NCBI GenBank assembly: GCA_051362555.1
Contig: CM120642.1
Span: forward strand, 1,302,001 to 1,366,000
Length of the DNA stretch: 64,000 nucleotides
Source: Lingula anatina
Lineage: Eukaryota > Animalia > Brachiopoda
Direction: 5' to 3'
In this document: piece by piece, positions 1 through 13,024 of the stretch
Position numbering within the stretch: the stretch's first letter is position 1
How the letters are laid out: every line of letters begins with the position of its first letter
The notes under the pieces: generated by a model
What the model was told of the DNA's origin: nothing
Database searches by the model: none
What the model saw: the letters and a program-made list of their open reading frames with translations, nothing else
Made by a program: the position numbers and the translations under genes

Positions 1-756
1 TTACTCAAAGTTTTTTCCTTTTTCACCACATTTCAAGTGGCAGATTTTGTTGTTTTTGTTTCATCTGAATGTACCTTAAATGCTTAATGTCAACACAGGT
101 GTAAGCTGGGGAATGACTATTTATAAAAACACAAATCTATTTGGCTTCAACTCGCCCAGACTTCTCCTTCATGCTGTGTCCAGCCAATGGAAATAATGGT
201 GTGTTCAGAAAAGAAATGTTATCCTTCTTCGGTGGAAACACATACCTTTTATCATCACACAATACACCACATCATTTACTACATGAAACAACCCATTTTC
301 TCCACTATTAGCATCCCCCCTTTTTCTCTGCCTGTCCAACCTCAAAAAATATTTTTTCATTTGTATTCAATCCTTTTTTTCTGTTAAACCACATAAAACA
401 TCCATTCTGTTTGTATTCTTTCTCTCCTCTTTACAACCCCATAAAAATCTCCACACTGCTTCTGTGTACCTGAAATCTATCAAGCAGCCAATGAGGGTGA
501 AAAAACAGTGCCTGATTCTATTACACGCCTACTTGAACTATAAAAACGGGGTCGGTTCAAGGGGCGTAAAGAATCCCTCAGACCCCACACCTTAATTGAT
601 GGAATAACAACAGACTTGCCAATAGTAGTTAAAAAATAAGCAAAGCATATTGTCCTCAGCCCTTGCTAATTATATTTCCTCACATGCAAGTATTCTGTAT
701 GCTTTATTCAGGTTAATATTTTTAGTCAATTGTTGCTCTTTCAGTATTTCCAATAC

Positions 757-816
757 CTCCTTTGTGGGGTCAATATGTTTGTCTGCTGTACTCCCTCTGG
801 GTTACATGTTCTGGTT
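757..816 (-). CDS. TENM: Small coding exon (60 nt, phase 2-2); the gene continues beyond the left edge
   Basis: Acceptor GTTTTCTTATTTAG| and donor GAG|GTATTG. Open in phase 2 as (R)TRTCNPEGVQQTNILTPQR, compatible with the phase-2 donor at 4307. Confidence 0.6.
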
Positions 817-3719
817 CTAAATAAGAAAACAGAATCACTAATACAAGGGGTTCAGGTTGGTTCTTGGTTCATACATCTACCAGGCCAGATTGCATATGGC
901 TACCTAAATTGTATTTCTATACTTTATGTTTTAAATGTGATTATTACACATTCTGGACACTTACAAAACTCTTTCCAAACTAAATTTGTTTGCACGTGTT
1001 CCTAGTCCCTATCATATTCATTCTTGAAATCACTATACAATAATATTCAAGCATTTGGACGAACTATTGGAAGCTACCTGTAACAGTTGTTGATCTAAAA
1101 TGTTGTTTTAATGTCCTAAATCAAACCTTTTTATCCCATGCTTTAAAAGACAATATCATCCGATGATCCTATGCCCCATTCTTAGTTAAAGCTATATACC
1201 ACCTTTAATAAAACAAGAAACACTCACATGTTACTGCCCAGCTGTGTGTGCCTTGTATGTGTTCAGCTACAATATGCCAAATTAAAACTATATCAGTATG
1301 TCAATCAATTAACACCAGAGATTAATTACCTGCTGTCATCTCCCTCAGTGCCAGGTAATATTTCCTCAGGTGTACATACCAGCGGAGGTTATGAAATGGA
1401 CTTTAATTACCTCTTTTGTCTGTTTAATTGATTTAAGTAGCATAAAAGCTGGTACATTGTAGTGGTAGTACCCTGGAGGTTACAGTGGCTTGCGCTTAAT
1501 GGTGGCAGTGGGCAGGATTTTTTAAGCTGTAATACCTGAATGATCTGTCGAGATTCATGGATAAAACTGATAACTGAGGTAGAATTCCATAAAAAAAAAT
1601 CACATTTTTGAAGCTATGCAATCTTGTTATGTTTGTAGATAAAATTTTGAAGTAGATTTTGTCATGATCTAGAAAATGCAAATTCCATTGTCATTTATGA
1701 GCCAAAGGGGTTGTCTTTTCTTTGATTGCCCTGTTCATATACATCCAACAGTTCACAAAATATTAAAGAACAAACAAAAACAGCAGTTTTAAAATATTCA
1801 TAACACTGGACTTAATCATTTTTCAAAGTGTCACCACCCGAAGAAAGTCCTGAACAACATCAGCTGACAAAAAAGTGATTTATGCATTTTTCTTCAATAA
1901 CACAAACAATGTCCATAACTGACCACAGCTGAACTTTTTATCAATGCTAAAATCAAAGTTTTGAAAAAGTTAAACCCTATTCTTCTTTGAGAAATCTCTG
2001 ATATTATCAAAGTGTCCATGTTTTCTTCCCCACTGTCCATGTATCACATGTATGAATGAACCCTGAAGCACCACTCACCAACACATGGAGGAGACTAATG
2101 GCAGCCTAATCTTGTATCACGACTCTCAAACAAGAATTTTAAAGCTGTCTTAAATATGTAATAAGATTTATGATTTGCTGATTCAGAAGTCACCCTGAAT
2201 TGAGAAGAGATATGGAAATGATTAAAAATATCACTCTTTCTGAGGAGATATATCTTAATTTTATACAAGTGATAAATAATTATAGAGGGTGAAAATGGAA
2301 ATCATGTACTGGAAATAATCTGACTATCACAGGATTCAGAATTTTTTAGATAATTACTTCTCACATAACCTGACCAGTTATGACTTCTTTCTAATTTAAT
2401 ATTTGTCACATGGCAAGATGGTTAAGTCATTTAAGTGCATGTAAATAATTGTGTACAGAATGTTCCTAAAAATCCAGGCCTATCAGCCACCATAACGCCC
2501 GTATCCTACCAGCTAGTACCTAGCGCCCAATAACCAGAGGTAAAAAAGAATTTCTTTGGCAAAATTTACCTTCATACAATGCAAAAGAAGCACAACCCCA
2601 AGCAACATGGACTCCCAGGTCAGAAGAGTTAAATTATGATCAACTGAAAGAAGCAACTCCCTCTAGCAGCTTGGCCTTAAATATTGTGTGAAAAAGGGTT
2701 GTGCTAACAATGGAAGACAAAAGGACCGCCTGGGGGTTTCCAACAACTGATGAGAATTTTGTTGAATCTTTTTTATTCCTGCTTGACTCATGGGATGATA
2801 ACAAATCAGATTCATCATTGGAAATGTAAGTCCACTTGGAACACTGCCATTAGTTAGATTTTACTATGTCAAAGGACATATGCCATCGGGATACAAAAAG
2901 GTGAAACAGTCTATTGCATTCTTCAGCACGAAGTCACCCTCTGTATTATGAACAGCACTTTGGTGCGAAAAAAAAAAAAAAAAAAAAAAACGAGATAATT
3001 CAATGAAAACATTTAAAAGGACATCAACTGAAATTTAAAACTAGTCAAGGTCCGTAAGCAGTGCCACATTAAATTCTGGCCCTTAAACTGTCAAATTAAA
3101 TTCCCGTTCCTGACTTAAGATTGGAAAATTAGTTGTCAGAGGTTCAGCATAATCTGCTGTGTTCTGTATGCAACCGCATGTTCTGTATATTGCACATAAG
3201 ACTACTGATACTGGTCTAACTTATAGCATGGTTAAGATGGGGCTGGGTCTCTTCAACACACCTCATCCTAGCACCATTAACATCCAGGGAGCATTTCACA
3301 GTGATATTTTCCTCAGTAAAATATTTCTGTAATTTTTGTTACTTCTAACCCTACCCATTTAGTTTTAGCAAATTGATTAGCCTTTATTAATTACGTATAA
3401 TTATCATTTTCATGGGATAATATCTTATGGAAAAGAAAAAATGATCCTTATGGAACATATGCTCTAGAATGGCCCTTTTACTAATAGTCATAATTTTTCT
3501 TAAAATTTATTTTCACAAACAACATAATTCCAAGAAAGACATAGAGGACTTCAAAATATATTCTTTAATACATTTTCAAGAACTGAGTTAAAATTGAAAT
3601 TTATGAATGTAGTTGATGTAACCATAAAATCACTTACAATTCAACAGGCTTTGAGGATATTAAAGTTCTAAGAGACAAGGCAGGCTATTTACTCTTGTGA
3701 ATAAACTGATTCTATTATA

Positions 3720-4380
3720 AGACATGGTGGGCATCATCATTGCTCCTGTTATCAACGATACATTTATGTAAACATCAATACTAGATGTAGTAACTTACTC
3801 ACCATATACTAACAGACTATTCATCAAACCTTGTACCATCAGTGCTGCCTACTGCTCTAGCATTGTTTTTGTTTTACTAAAAATCTCAAGAAGGTTGTAA
3901 ATGCTGCTTCTAGTGACAACATAGCATACCTAAAGTTAAGCCAGATTTCATAACATACTCACTCACCTCAAACAGACAGGCTCTACAGTAAACTCTCTAC
4001 ATCCATTGCTGTGTAATCTTTGTTATTGTGTGTAACCACTGTCATTGTTACACAAAAGACATGATGATGAGAACAACCATTATTGCTGCTACTACTAATG
4101 ATACAGCAAGCTGAAAGTTATACTGGACAAAATGACACACTCGCTTCCCTCAAACAGACAGATTTTCCATTCCACCCAGAATGCTTCTTGTTACCTGGTG
4201 TGAAACCATTGTTATTGTTCAACAACAGACATGATGATAATAATAACTACAGGTAATGGCACAGCTAGCTGAAAGTAACACTGGACTCAGTGACATACTC
4301 TCTTACCTTAGACTGACTGACTCCCCGTTTAACCCTGTGTGATTGGCATTATTGCCTGGGGTGTAGACATTGTTATTGCT
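3720..4380. repeat. Degenerate tandem array, ~4 units of 158-182 bp, each comprising an exon 3' end, donor position and intron start
   Basis: Recurrent blocks (ACAGC..GCTGAAAGT, CCTCAAACAGACAG, CATTGTTATTG, GACATGATGAT). Donor-equivalent positions at 4307, 4149, 3967 and 3803. Confidence 0.75.
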
Positions 4381-4454
4381 GTGTACATCGTAATTTGGCC
4401 CCTGTCCAGTAACTGTCTGACCCGGGTGTCGTCCCTGTGCTCTGGTCTGGGTAT
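4307..4454 (-). CDS. TENM: Coding exon (148 nt, phase 1-2)
   Basis: Acceptor TCCCTGTTTTCCAG| and donor AAG|GTAAGA. Only the phase-1 frame is open: (N)TQTRAQGRHPGQTVTGQGPNYDVHSNNNVYTPGNNANHTGLNGESVSL(R). This matches the phase-1 donor of the upstream exon. Confidence 0.72.
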
Positions 4455-5123
4455 CTGGAAAACAGGGATATCAACAATATCTTAGTTTATGTTTTCTTTG
4501 ACTTTGTGTAGTGAAACAGTAATTATCGCTGAAGTTATCTGCACCTCTGAAAGGAAACTACCATATACACTCAGTCTAAGCACCTTAAAAATAATGAAAT
4601 GAAAAATATTATGTTTAGTTATATAAAACGTTTTTTTTTCTTAGTGTCATGAAATAATTTTTACTGAAAGTAATCCACACCTCTGACAGGCTTTTTCATC
4701 AAACATACACAAGCACTTGGTAGTTACCACGAAGTTAAAATGATTTTTTCTTCAACCACTTTGAAACTATGAAGCCTACCCATAGATAACTTTTCACCAT
4801 ATATCTACCTTAGATTTCTCAGAGATCACTTCTTCAATAAGAAACTTACAATGTCATAAAGACGTAACAAAACTGTTCCCCATACCTGGGAAAGACACTA
4901 CCATTTATGACGTTTTTCACACCAAACTGTTGTATGATGCTGTAACCAGCTTCACCAGGCACGAGGGCCTACCAAGGCAGCTAAGTGGACAGATACCCAG
5001 TATCTCCGCTGTCACCTACTCTGAGGCCTGCGGCACCTTGAAGATGTATATCCCATCCTAGGACTCCTACAGCTACTACAGATCACACGACATTGAGAAT
5101 TTATGGCCAAGATTATCTTCAAA

Positions 5124-5294
5124 AGGCCTGTAGCAAACATTTCAATGAGGGGTTTCTTTTTCTAAAAAGATGGACCCTTTTAGTTCCTAAGTTGATCAAC
5201 TTTAAAAAATGCCTTAGTACCAGATCAAATTTTAATTCAACCAACCTTTTCCAGCCAAAATGGTGGTTATTTTAAAACCCCTGAATACAGGCCT
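5124..5294 (-). mobile_element. Inverted copy of the CAGGCCYGTAGCCA element family
   Basis: Ends AGGCCTGTAGC ... ATACAGGCCT. Internal blocks (ATTTCAA..GGGTTTCTTTTT, TTTTCCAGCCAAAATGGTGGTT) align with the reverse complement of 63367-63537. Confidence 0.65.
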
Positions 5295-6350
5295 CTCATT
5301 GAGATATCATTCAAGTGGATTCTTCCAGAACTAATTTTTTTATCACTAAAGCATCACTTTTTCTGCTTTGATGCTTGAAATCCCGTTATGTCAAAGCACA
5401 TTAAGAGTTGGCTAGCCAAGTTACAGAAGAAAGTGGAGATTTGTATGCATAAGTTGTTCATGCAATTTTCTGTATCTTGGGAGCATTTCTAAACTTGTCA
5501 AATACACATCCAAACTGTCTCTTTTTGTAGACTAGAAAAAACTAGTATCATAAAACAATTTCCCTTGTAAAACAACCCTGATGTCTTTGATTTTTTATAT
5601 TATCTCAGGGTTAATTTCCAGAAGATCTTTCTTACAGCAAGTGGTGAGGAACTTTTAGAACTGAATTTGAATATGCTCCTTTACCTCTTCAACACTTTAT
5701 AAAAATCCTTTCCCACTCCAAAAATTACCCCAAATACAAACATCTATGCCAAACCATGTTTTACCTTCAGTTTTCCTCCAAAACAGGCCTAAAGTAACAG
5801 ATTCACAACCATCTGCACCTGTCGTCCAAATCCTTCTGTTTCTTGGGGTAAAAAAGAACTAAAACCTAAAATTTTTCCTCCCTGCTAAACCTCCATAAAT
5901 TGGTCTCAAAGGGATTTTACTAGAACATATTTTTTACGACTGGATCCCCGCAATGGAGTCAAACAAAATCTCAGACAATAAACATTCCTTTATGGGAATC
6001 TCCGCTGTTTGTTCAACATTCGCTGCCTGCCATCGAATCAGCTTTTTAACAAGCTTTTTACGAGTCGGGTGAGATCTAAAACCAATCCCCTTCATACACA
6101 AGCAGCCCATTAGTATTGTTTAACTGCTGTGGTCTTTGTATACTTACCTGTGTGTAAGGACTACCATTTCTACCTGATATGTAAAAAACAATATCAGCAT
6201 CCAGATTTAGGGCCTTGATCAAACTTATGAAACTTCAGAGTGGATTATGTTTATTTTTTTCTGGTCTGAAAATCATATCCATGTCCCCAATTACGGTGTA
6301 AGTTCCTTTTACAACCAGCGTGAAGCCTTTAAATGCATGGCTAGGCTTAC

Positions 6351-6378
6351 CGTGAAGACACCACTGAGATCTCAGCAT
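6351..6378 (-). CDS. Candidate alternative first coding exon (MLRSQWCLH-)
   Basis: ATG at 6378, 9 codons plus 1 nt, then donor ACG|GTAAGC. Phase 1 fits the acceptor at 4454. Short enough to arise by chance. Confidence 0.35.
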
Positions 6379-9300
6379 AAATATTTCACCGAATCCTCAC
6401 CTTGACATTCTATTCCTATTATTCATCCTGTCAAACACCCACTGGAGATCGTCTGTAAATATTTTACTGTACTTAAAAGTTCTTACCCACCATCAATGGT
6501 ATATGTACATGGGTCTGCGATAATTACAGGTGCATGTCCTCCATGAAACATGAAATGTCAATTACTGCCTTACTGCCTTTCACAAAGTCAAAAGTGTCCA
6601 CACACATGAGTATACTATGTAATATGTCCCATTTGAGTATTTAACTCCAGGATGCAGTTGGGTAAAAACTTTGCTAGTCTTCTGGAACCCAGATTTGTGG
6701 TGGCTCACTACAACCCAAAATACACCATAGTATTTAAACTCCAAACTTGTGTTTTACGTTTTCAAACTCAGAACCCTATTCACTGGACCATATCGGGATG
6801 AACCTTAGCTCAACTTCATTATGAGGCCCCCAGATGCCTATGGGCATAACATCAGCAAAGGAAAAAGATGAAATATTACTGGATTGTCAACTATTGCTGA
6901 AATAATTACATTCTAGGTGACATCTTGTCTAATACTTTTAAAATGGAAAAGATAGATTAAAAAACAGACCTGGTTTCATATCTGAGCTTTGGATGACACT
7001 TTTGTCTCTTTGAACAAAGGAAAGAGAAGAATAAATGACAAGGCAGCCATGACTAATATCAGAAGATCAGCAGATGCTATAATCACAGGCAAGATTACAT
7101 TTGGAATAAGAAGAAATGTACTTTCTTTTGTCAGTTTTTGAAAGTTCTTATTTTTTTGCTGAGAGGCATCTGACTACTGTTTTTTCTCACACAAAATATC
7201 AGGTTTTTCATCTAAACATACCAAATTCTGCTTCTGTTATCCTTTATTTTATTTTATTTTCTTCACACTTGTGATATATCTCCTTGTTGTAAATTAAAAG
7301 ATCTGTTGCTGTATGTTTTCTTAAGTCTTATTATGAAAAGTGTGACAAAATAACTAACATTTAAACAAATCAACCATGAGAATATACTAAAAAATATGTA
7401 ACCAGTGATCTTTCTCCCCACCCCCCACCCCAACAAAAAACATTTTATGGTCATCCAGTGAAGATATAAAAATACATGCATTAATACAATGTCTATGTTC
7501 TCTTTAATAAGCTTTGCCATTTCTGTGTAGATTTAAGACAAAGTTATCGGACAATATTCATGGCTCCACAATTGACTGGGGATATCTTATCTACAGAGAC
7601 CAAGTGGCCAGAAAATTGGAAAATAGCCGAGAATAAAATGAGAAGATTGCAATTTTATCCATTAAAACAGTATGCACAGTGCTAGTATAGCTACAAGCGG
7701 GGCGTCCCTTGTAACGGCAATACTGAAGCCTTTCATTCTATCAAAATAATCATGAGCAACTTTCAGTCTTCCTTGATCAATATGTGCCAATACTACGGTG
7801 TTTTCTGATTGCTCTAATTATAATTATTGTTGGTGTCTGGTTCCAGGAAAAAGTTATTAATCTCCTATTCAATGAAAGAATGAATATTGTGTAATATTAA
7901 ACATGCAATATCTCAATGGATTTAATCAATAATAACTAAACTTTCAGTATAAGATAATGTTTGTGGCAACTATGACTATGACTATTTTAATAAACCCAAA
8001 ATTTACTTCAATTATTTCTGCCAAGGAGGTTAGGTTTTTGCTGATGGAAGTTTGTTAGTTTACTCAAAGTATTATGGGCAGATTTTGATGAAATTTTTGG
8101 GATTTAGTGGTGATCAATTTATGAATAATTAGTAATAATAATGTGAAATGAACTGGCTTGACAGAAGACTAAAATCTCTGCATGCTTTCTTATTTAAAAT
8201 AAATCTAAAATGCTTGGCATGCTGAATTGCAAAAACATACAAAATGGATATTGAACCTAAATAATGAGTGTAATATGTATGTTTAGAGCCTCAACCCTGT
8301 AAGAGGTACTTAGCTTTCAAAAAGAACAAGTAAAACCACTCCACATGATAATTGAACTCTTTATCAGCTGAATCAAAATAGCAGTATTTTGCTTGCTTAC
8401 TACTACTACTATCAATGCTACGACTGGGGCTTCCTTCACAAACTGAGGGTATCCAATCACTTGTTATCTTGCAATTCTATACCAGCCTTACACCGTCCCA
8501 GACACCTGCTCTGAATAGAGGAGAGATCACAACTCATACTGACAGGAAACACTGTATATTTGATAGTAAAGAAACTTACAATAATTAGTATCAACTTTGG
8601 GGGTCCAGGGCTAATCTAACTATCTCAGTGTTCAACAAAATAGGTGTCCATGTTCTTTTGTGAAGTCATGGTAAAAATAAAAAGTAAATTTCCTTAAGGG
8701 ACTACATCATGAAGAGTGGAAAGCCATTCCTCATAGGTGAAAAACAAACATTGTCTCTTTATAAAAATCTACTTTTGTACTAAAGGTTCATGAAGAAGAG
8801 CAGAGAAATAGGTCACACCCATTCATTCATTCATTCTTCCTATATAAACCCCCTTTTTTCAGAAATCAAAGAGAAAACTGATCCAGAGGCACACTGATGA
8901 ACAAAAATGGATTCAAAAGCTTTAATTTAGTTGTGAAATTTCTGTCAGAAAAACAGACTTCAAGCATCAAGTTTAAAAACAGAATAATCTGATACATTCA
9001 AGTATGTACAACAATGACTGCATTTTTGCAAAGCCAGATGAATAAAATTTAGACAGGAAGCTGTTAAGAAAATGCACAAGATTTTTGAATGTCCCAATCC
9101 ATTTCCAACATCCTTCCAAAGTCAACTGATAAAACTATTCTTTACTCTACATCCACTCAACCATTTAACATTTTTTCCTGATCACAATTACCTACTTCAG
9201 AGTGGGGGATTAATGAATAAAGAAACACATCCCGTCTTAAGGTGGCCTTAATTTACCTTACAAACAGAAAGATTTGTTTGTGCATCTTTCTAAAGCAAAA

Positions 9301-9414
9301 AAGCACCAGACTTAAGTTCATATCATATCCTTTAAGTTCCTCAAAGATTTCATCTGCAGGCTAATACAGTCCGAGTCAATATCTTGTTGAATATTTCATG
9401 ACGGCTGTATTTAC

Positions 9415-9780
9415 CTGCCACAGTCAAGAACTTTTTATATCCCTTGGCCAGTAAGGAACTGAATTCTCCATCCTCAAGCAACAATTACTGGATTTCTAGC
9501 CATGTATCTTGACTTTTCTTCCTCTCGCCACCAGTTGTCGACTGCGGGATATTTGCACGCGTGTGTTACTATATCCCTAGTCGTTTGTGCTCCATAGAAA
9601 TCATCGATATGTGATTCCCGCTTGGCAAATACTGTCACTATATTAGCTTTGTGTCAACAGTCGTTAGAAGGATGTTGCTTTTCAAAACCTGTCCTTCTGT
9701 TCAGAGAGGTCGAGAGCGATGTAACATGGTGTGTCTGTACCCTGCAGGTGTAGCGTTTCTATAGCATGGGTGGCCCGCCA
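9415..9780 (-). promoter_or_regulatory. Candidate internal promoter and non-coding first exon
   Basis: Locally CpG-enriched stretch (GTCGAC, CACGCG, ATCGAT, GTCGAGAGCG) ending in donor CAG|GTAAAT at 9415/9414. No ATG is in frame with a phase-1 donor. The upstream boundary is approximate. Confidence 0.35.
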
Positions 9781-12700
9781 ATTCAGTTCAGTTATGTATC
9801 AAAACAACCTAACAACCCAGATCTCTCAGTGTCTAAAGCAGATTACAGTAATACTTTCATTGACATGCCCTCCTCTTGGCTTGGGGGAGGGGTACTAGCT
9901 TAAGTTAAGGCACAGTTACGCCCAGCATGTTAAAATCTTTGTCTTTGGAAGATTTCCTGATGTGGAGGCCACCGTATGGGTCAGCTGCTTCAATGGAGTG
10001 TTTAATTATTTGGCCTTCTCCAAGAGCTGATTAGTGAGAGTGAAGTTTTTGTTTTCACGCGTGACCAAATCAAAAGCAACCTCATGGTCAATACTTGTCC
10101 CCGAGGGCAACTGCCTGCACACAAATATGAATAAATATGAATGCAAGCAATAGCCAATTGATGACGTCCAGCAGTTCAATGTGAAAAGGTCAAAGTAGCC
10201 ACAGACTTCTTGATATCATATTCAATTTTGTTTTTTCTACTTATGATATGGGACCAACAGAACTCTGAATTATTTGCACACAACTACCTGACCAAGCTAT
10301 TAAATCAAGCTACTTTATTTCAATAACTTCTCGTCACTTGGTAATGGTCGTTGATTCTTTAAATTGTGCTGTGGCTTAACAATTCAAATGCTTGCATGTG
10401 AAATTGAGTTAATTCAGAAAAAAAAATCAAGACAATTTTCAAAAGAGAAAAAAAATGCTTCCTGCTCAGGTTTAATAAGTTCTGTTTTTACTTACTCCCC
10501 AAATATCCCTACAGTATTCACCGGGTCTACAAAAAGTGAAATTACAAAACAAGGTATACTATTTAACATGAAAAAGTTATCTTAAAACAACACCCAGTTT
10601 CATGAATACTAGCATTTTCTTAGCTCCCAAAGTCTGCTTTAATTAAGACTAATCTAAAGAAAATTGCAATATATGTATCTTGCACTTACTAAAACCAAAG
10701 ACAATTCCATCCAAGTGAGCTGAAAGATCATTCAAGTCATGTTAAATTCAAATACTTAACACAGAAAAAAATTAAATATCCAGAAAGCGTCCAACCTTCG
10801 GCCAGTTATCGCCTTTCCAAATGGCAGCACACGCCAGTTGAGTTTTGTCTCTTGGGACTATTATATCTCATGATTAACTTGAATCCAATTCCAAACTTCA
10901 TTTATCTGCTCACCCCCAGGTGGAAATGTGTTACAGTGAATTATGGGACTGACACTTTCAATGGAGCAGACGTACAAAACTGGCAAAATGGCCTAACTCT
11001 TCTCAACTCTTCTCAGCTCTTTTATGTCTACACTGAATGAATAATTCAGAATCTTTCTGTAAAATCTTCCCTTTTTCACATAAATATGGTCTTTTTTACC
11101 TCTAACATAATCTAATGTTGCTCTGTATACATGTTAATATACACTAAACTGAAGGATTTAAGATTCTCCTGAAGGGGGATGACAAAGTTTTTCGTCACTT
11201 TACTCAGCCAGTTAGCACACAATATAAAGATTTTGAACAAAAAGGTGACAAGGGAGCAAGTCCATGTCAAATCCCTCAGCAACCCCTGATAAAACTATTT
11301 ATAGCTTAATCAAAAAAGAAATTTTATATCACTGCACTCTTTTTTTCTTCATGAATTAACCTAACTAAACAAAAGAATGTTTGCTAAAAAAAACTACTTT
11401 TGCACCTTGAGTTACCAGAATTATCATGTTTAAAGGGAAAAAATTGGGCAAATCTTTCTACTCATCCCCCCCCCCTTTCCTTCACAGCTTCACCAAGCTT
11501 TGTTTTCCAAATCAGCAATCCTGACATCTTTTTCACAAATGATTTCTTCAGCTCCATTAACCTACAGCAAGCACCATACAACACGGTCCTTAGCGGCAGC
11601 AGACGACAGTAGTCTCAACTACTCCATTATCCAAAGTAACACTATATTACCATTGCTCTCCTATTAACTGACAAAGGGATGACACCGTGGACAGCCTGCC
11701 TTTCTAAGCTGTAAATTAATTTCAGGCTCTGTGCGAAAGCAATTTCTTCAGTTGCACAGCATGTGTCTTTTGAATTCATTGAGGCTTGGCCGAGCTTGAA
11801 AATAGATTTGGCCACAAAATGGGCATTATCTTGCTTTGGGGGTAGAATAGGAGGTGTCGAGATGACGATCTCACAGAGGTATACCAACTGTTCACAGGTG
11901 TATGTCATGATTAACTTGAAACCACAGATATGCTTGTTTCATTGCAAATACCATCAGTTTTGTCTTTTATTTAACAATAATAATAATTGAATTTTTATTT
12001 CCTTTTCCAAATAACTTAAACCTACTTTTTAAAGAAGTAATAAAAATTTCAGTGAACAAATTCCTCCTAGTCTCCCCTTGTTACTAAATAATTTCAACTG
12101 CCCTTGATTCTTTTAATCTAAATCAGAAAATTGCGAAATGGCAGCAAATTTTTCTAAATCAAAAATCAATTTCTGCGAACGCTCCTGCGCTTATCTTTGC
12201 TCTTCTTCTCATGTCTGATCAAACATAATAACCCGATTAATCCTGATCTCTCAATATGTGATGTACTAACGCATTCTTCCAGCATTGTTATAATTATGAA
12301 TCATGTATCATCTGTCAAATTACAGTTGTAACTTCCCATCATGCTGTATTAATTCCAGTGTTATTCATTTCCATAGCTCTTCAGTTACCCTTTGATTCTG
12401 TGTGAATCATCAGCAGTGGATCTTTAAAAAAAAATCCTGATCTTAAGATTTTAAAAACTCATATGCTACCCATTATAATTCAATGAAAATTCACAATATA
12501 ACTATTTCACGGTATGCCTGGTGTATAGAAATTTTGTCTCAATACCTTTTTTGAAAGATGCATTTGGCATTCAATACATGACGAAAAGTGGGTAAAAATG
12601 CTTTAAAAATTGGTGTGACTCAGCTTTCACCTTTGTGTAATGGCCACCCGTTAGTTAACAAAACTTCTGTCATGGCAGGTGCAGTGCTCAGCTTGCTTAT

Positions 12701-12954
12701 TGCATGCATTTTACAAACACCATTAATTTCCATTTGAAACAATGCAAGGTCTGCAATATTTTTTCTTAGTTTGAACAAATATTTTAAAAAGTTTAGCTTA
12801 AAAAAATGTCATCTTCAGCTCTCATTTTATTACATGTACATACATCATAACAATTAAAACAGCTCTCTCTCTCTCTCTCTGGCATGATGCCCTCACAACC
12901 CCCCCCCCCTCTTTTTTTTGACAGATATCAGTATCAATTATGCCCTTTACTCAC

Positions 12955-13024
12955 CATTCTCCTTCAGTTTCATGTTATTATCATTCATTTCCAAGTTATT
13001 TAGAATTACAGATTTGTCCAGCAT
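12955..13024 (-). CDS. Candidate alternative first coding exon (MLDKSVILNNLEMNDNNMKLKEN-)
   Basis: Three in-frame ATGs (13024, 12988, 12973) with an upstream in-frame TGA. Strong donor ATG|GTGAGT at 12955/12954, phase 1, which fits the acceptor at 4454. Confidence 0.5.

Noticed and set aside
3803-4454. One large 652-nt coding exon ending at the 3803 donor
   Set aside because: All three frames contain stops; the open frame stops at 4303-4305, just after the first donor.
11676-11700. REST/NRSE-like CACCGTGGACAGC
   Set aside because: The left half-site is a poor match, and the REST system is mainly chordate.
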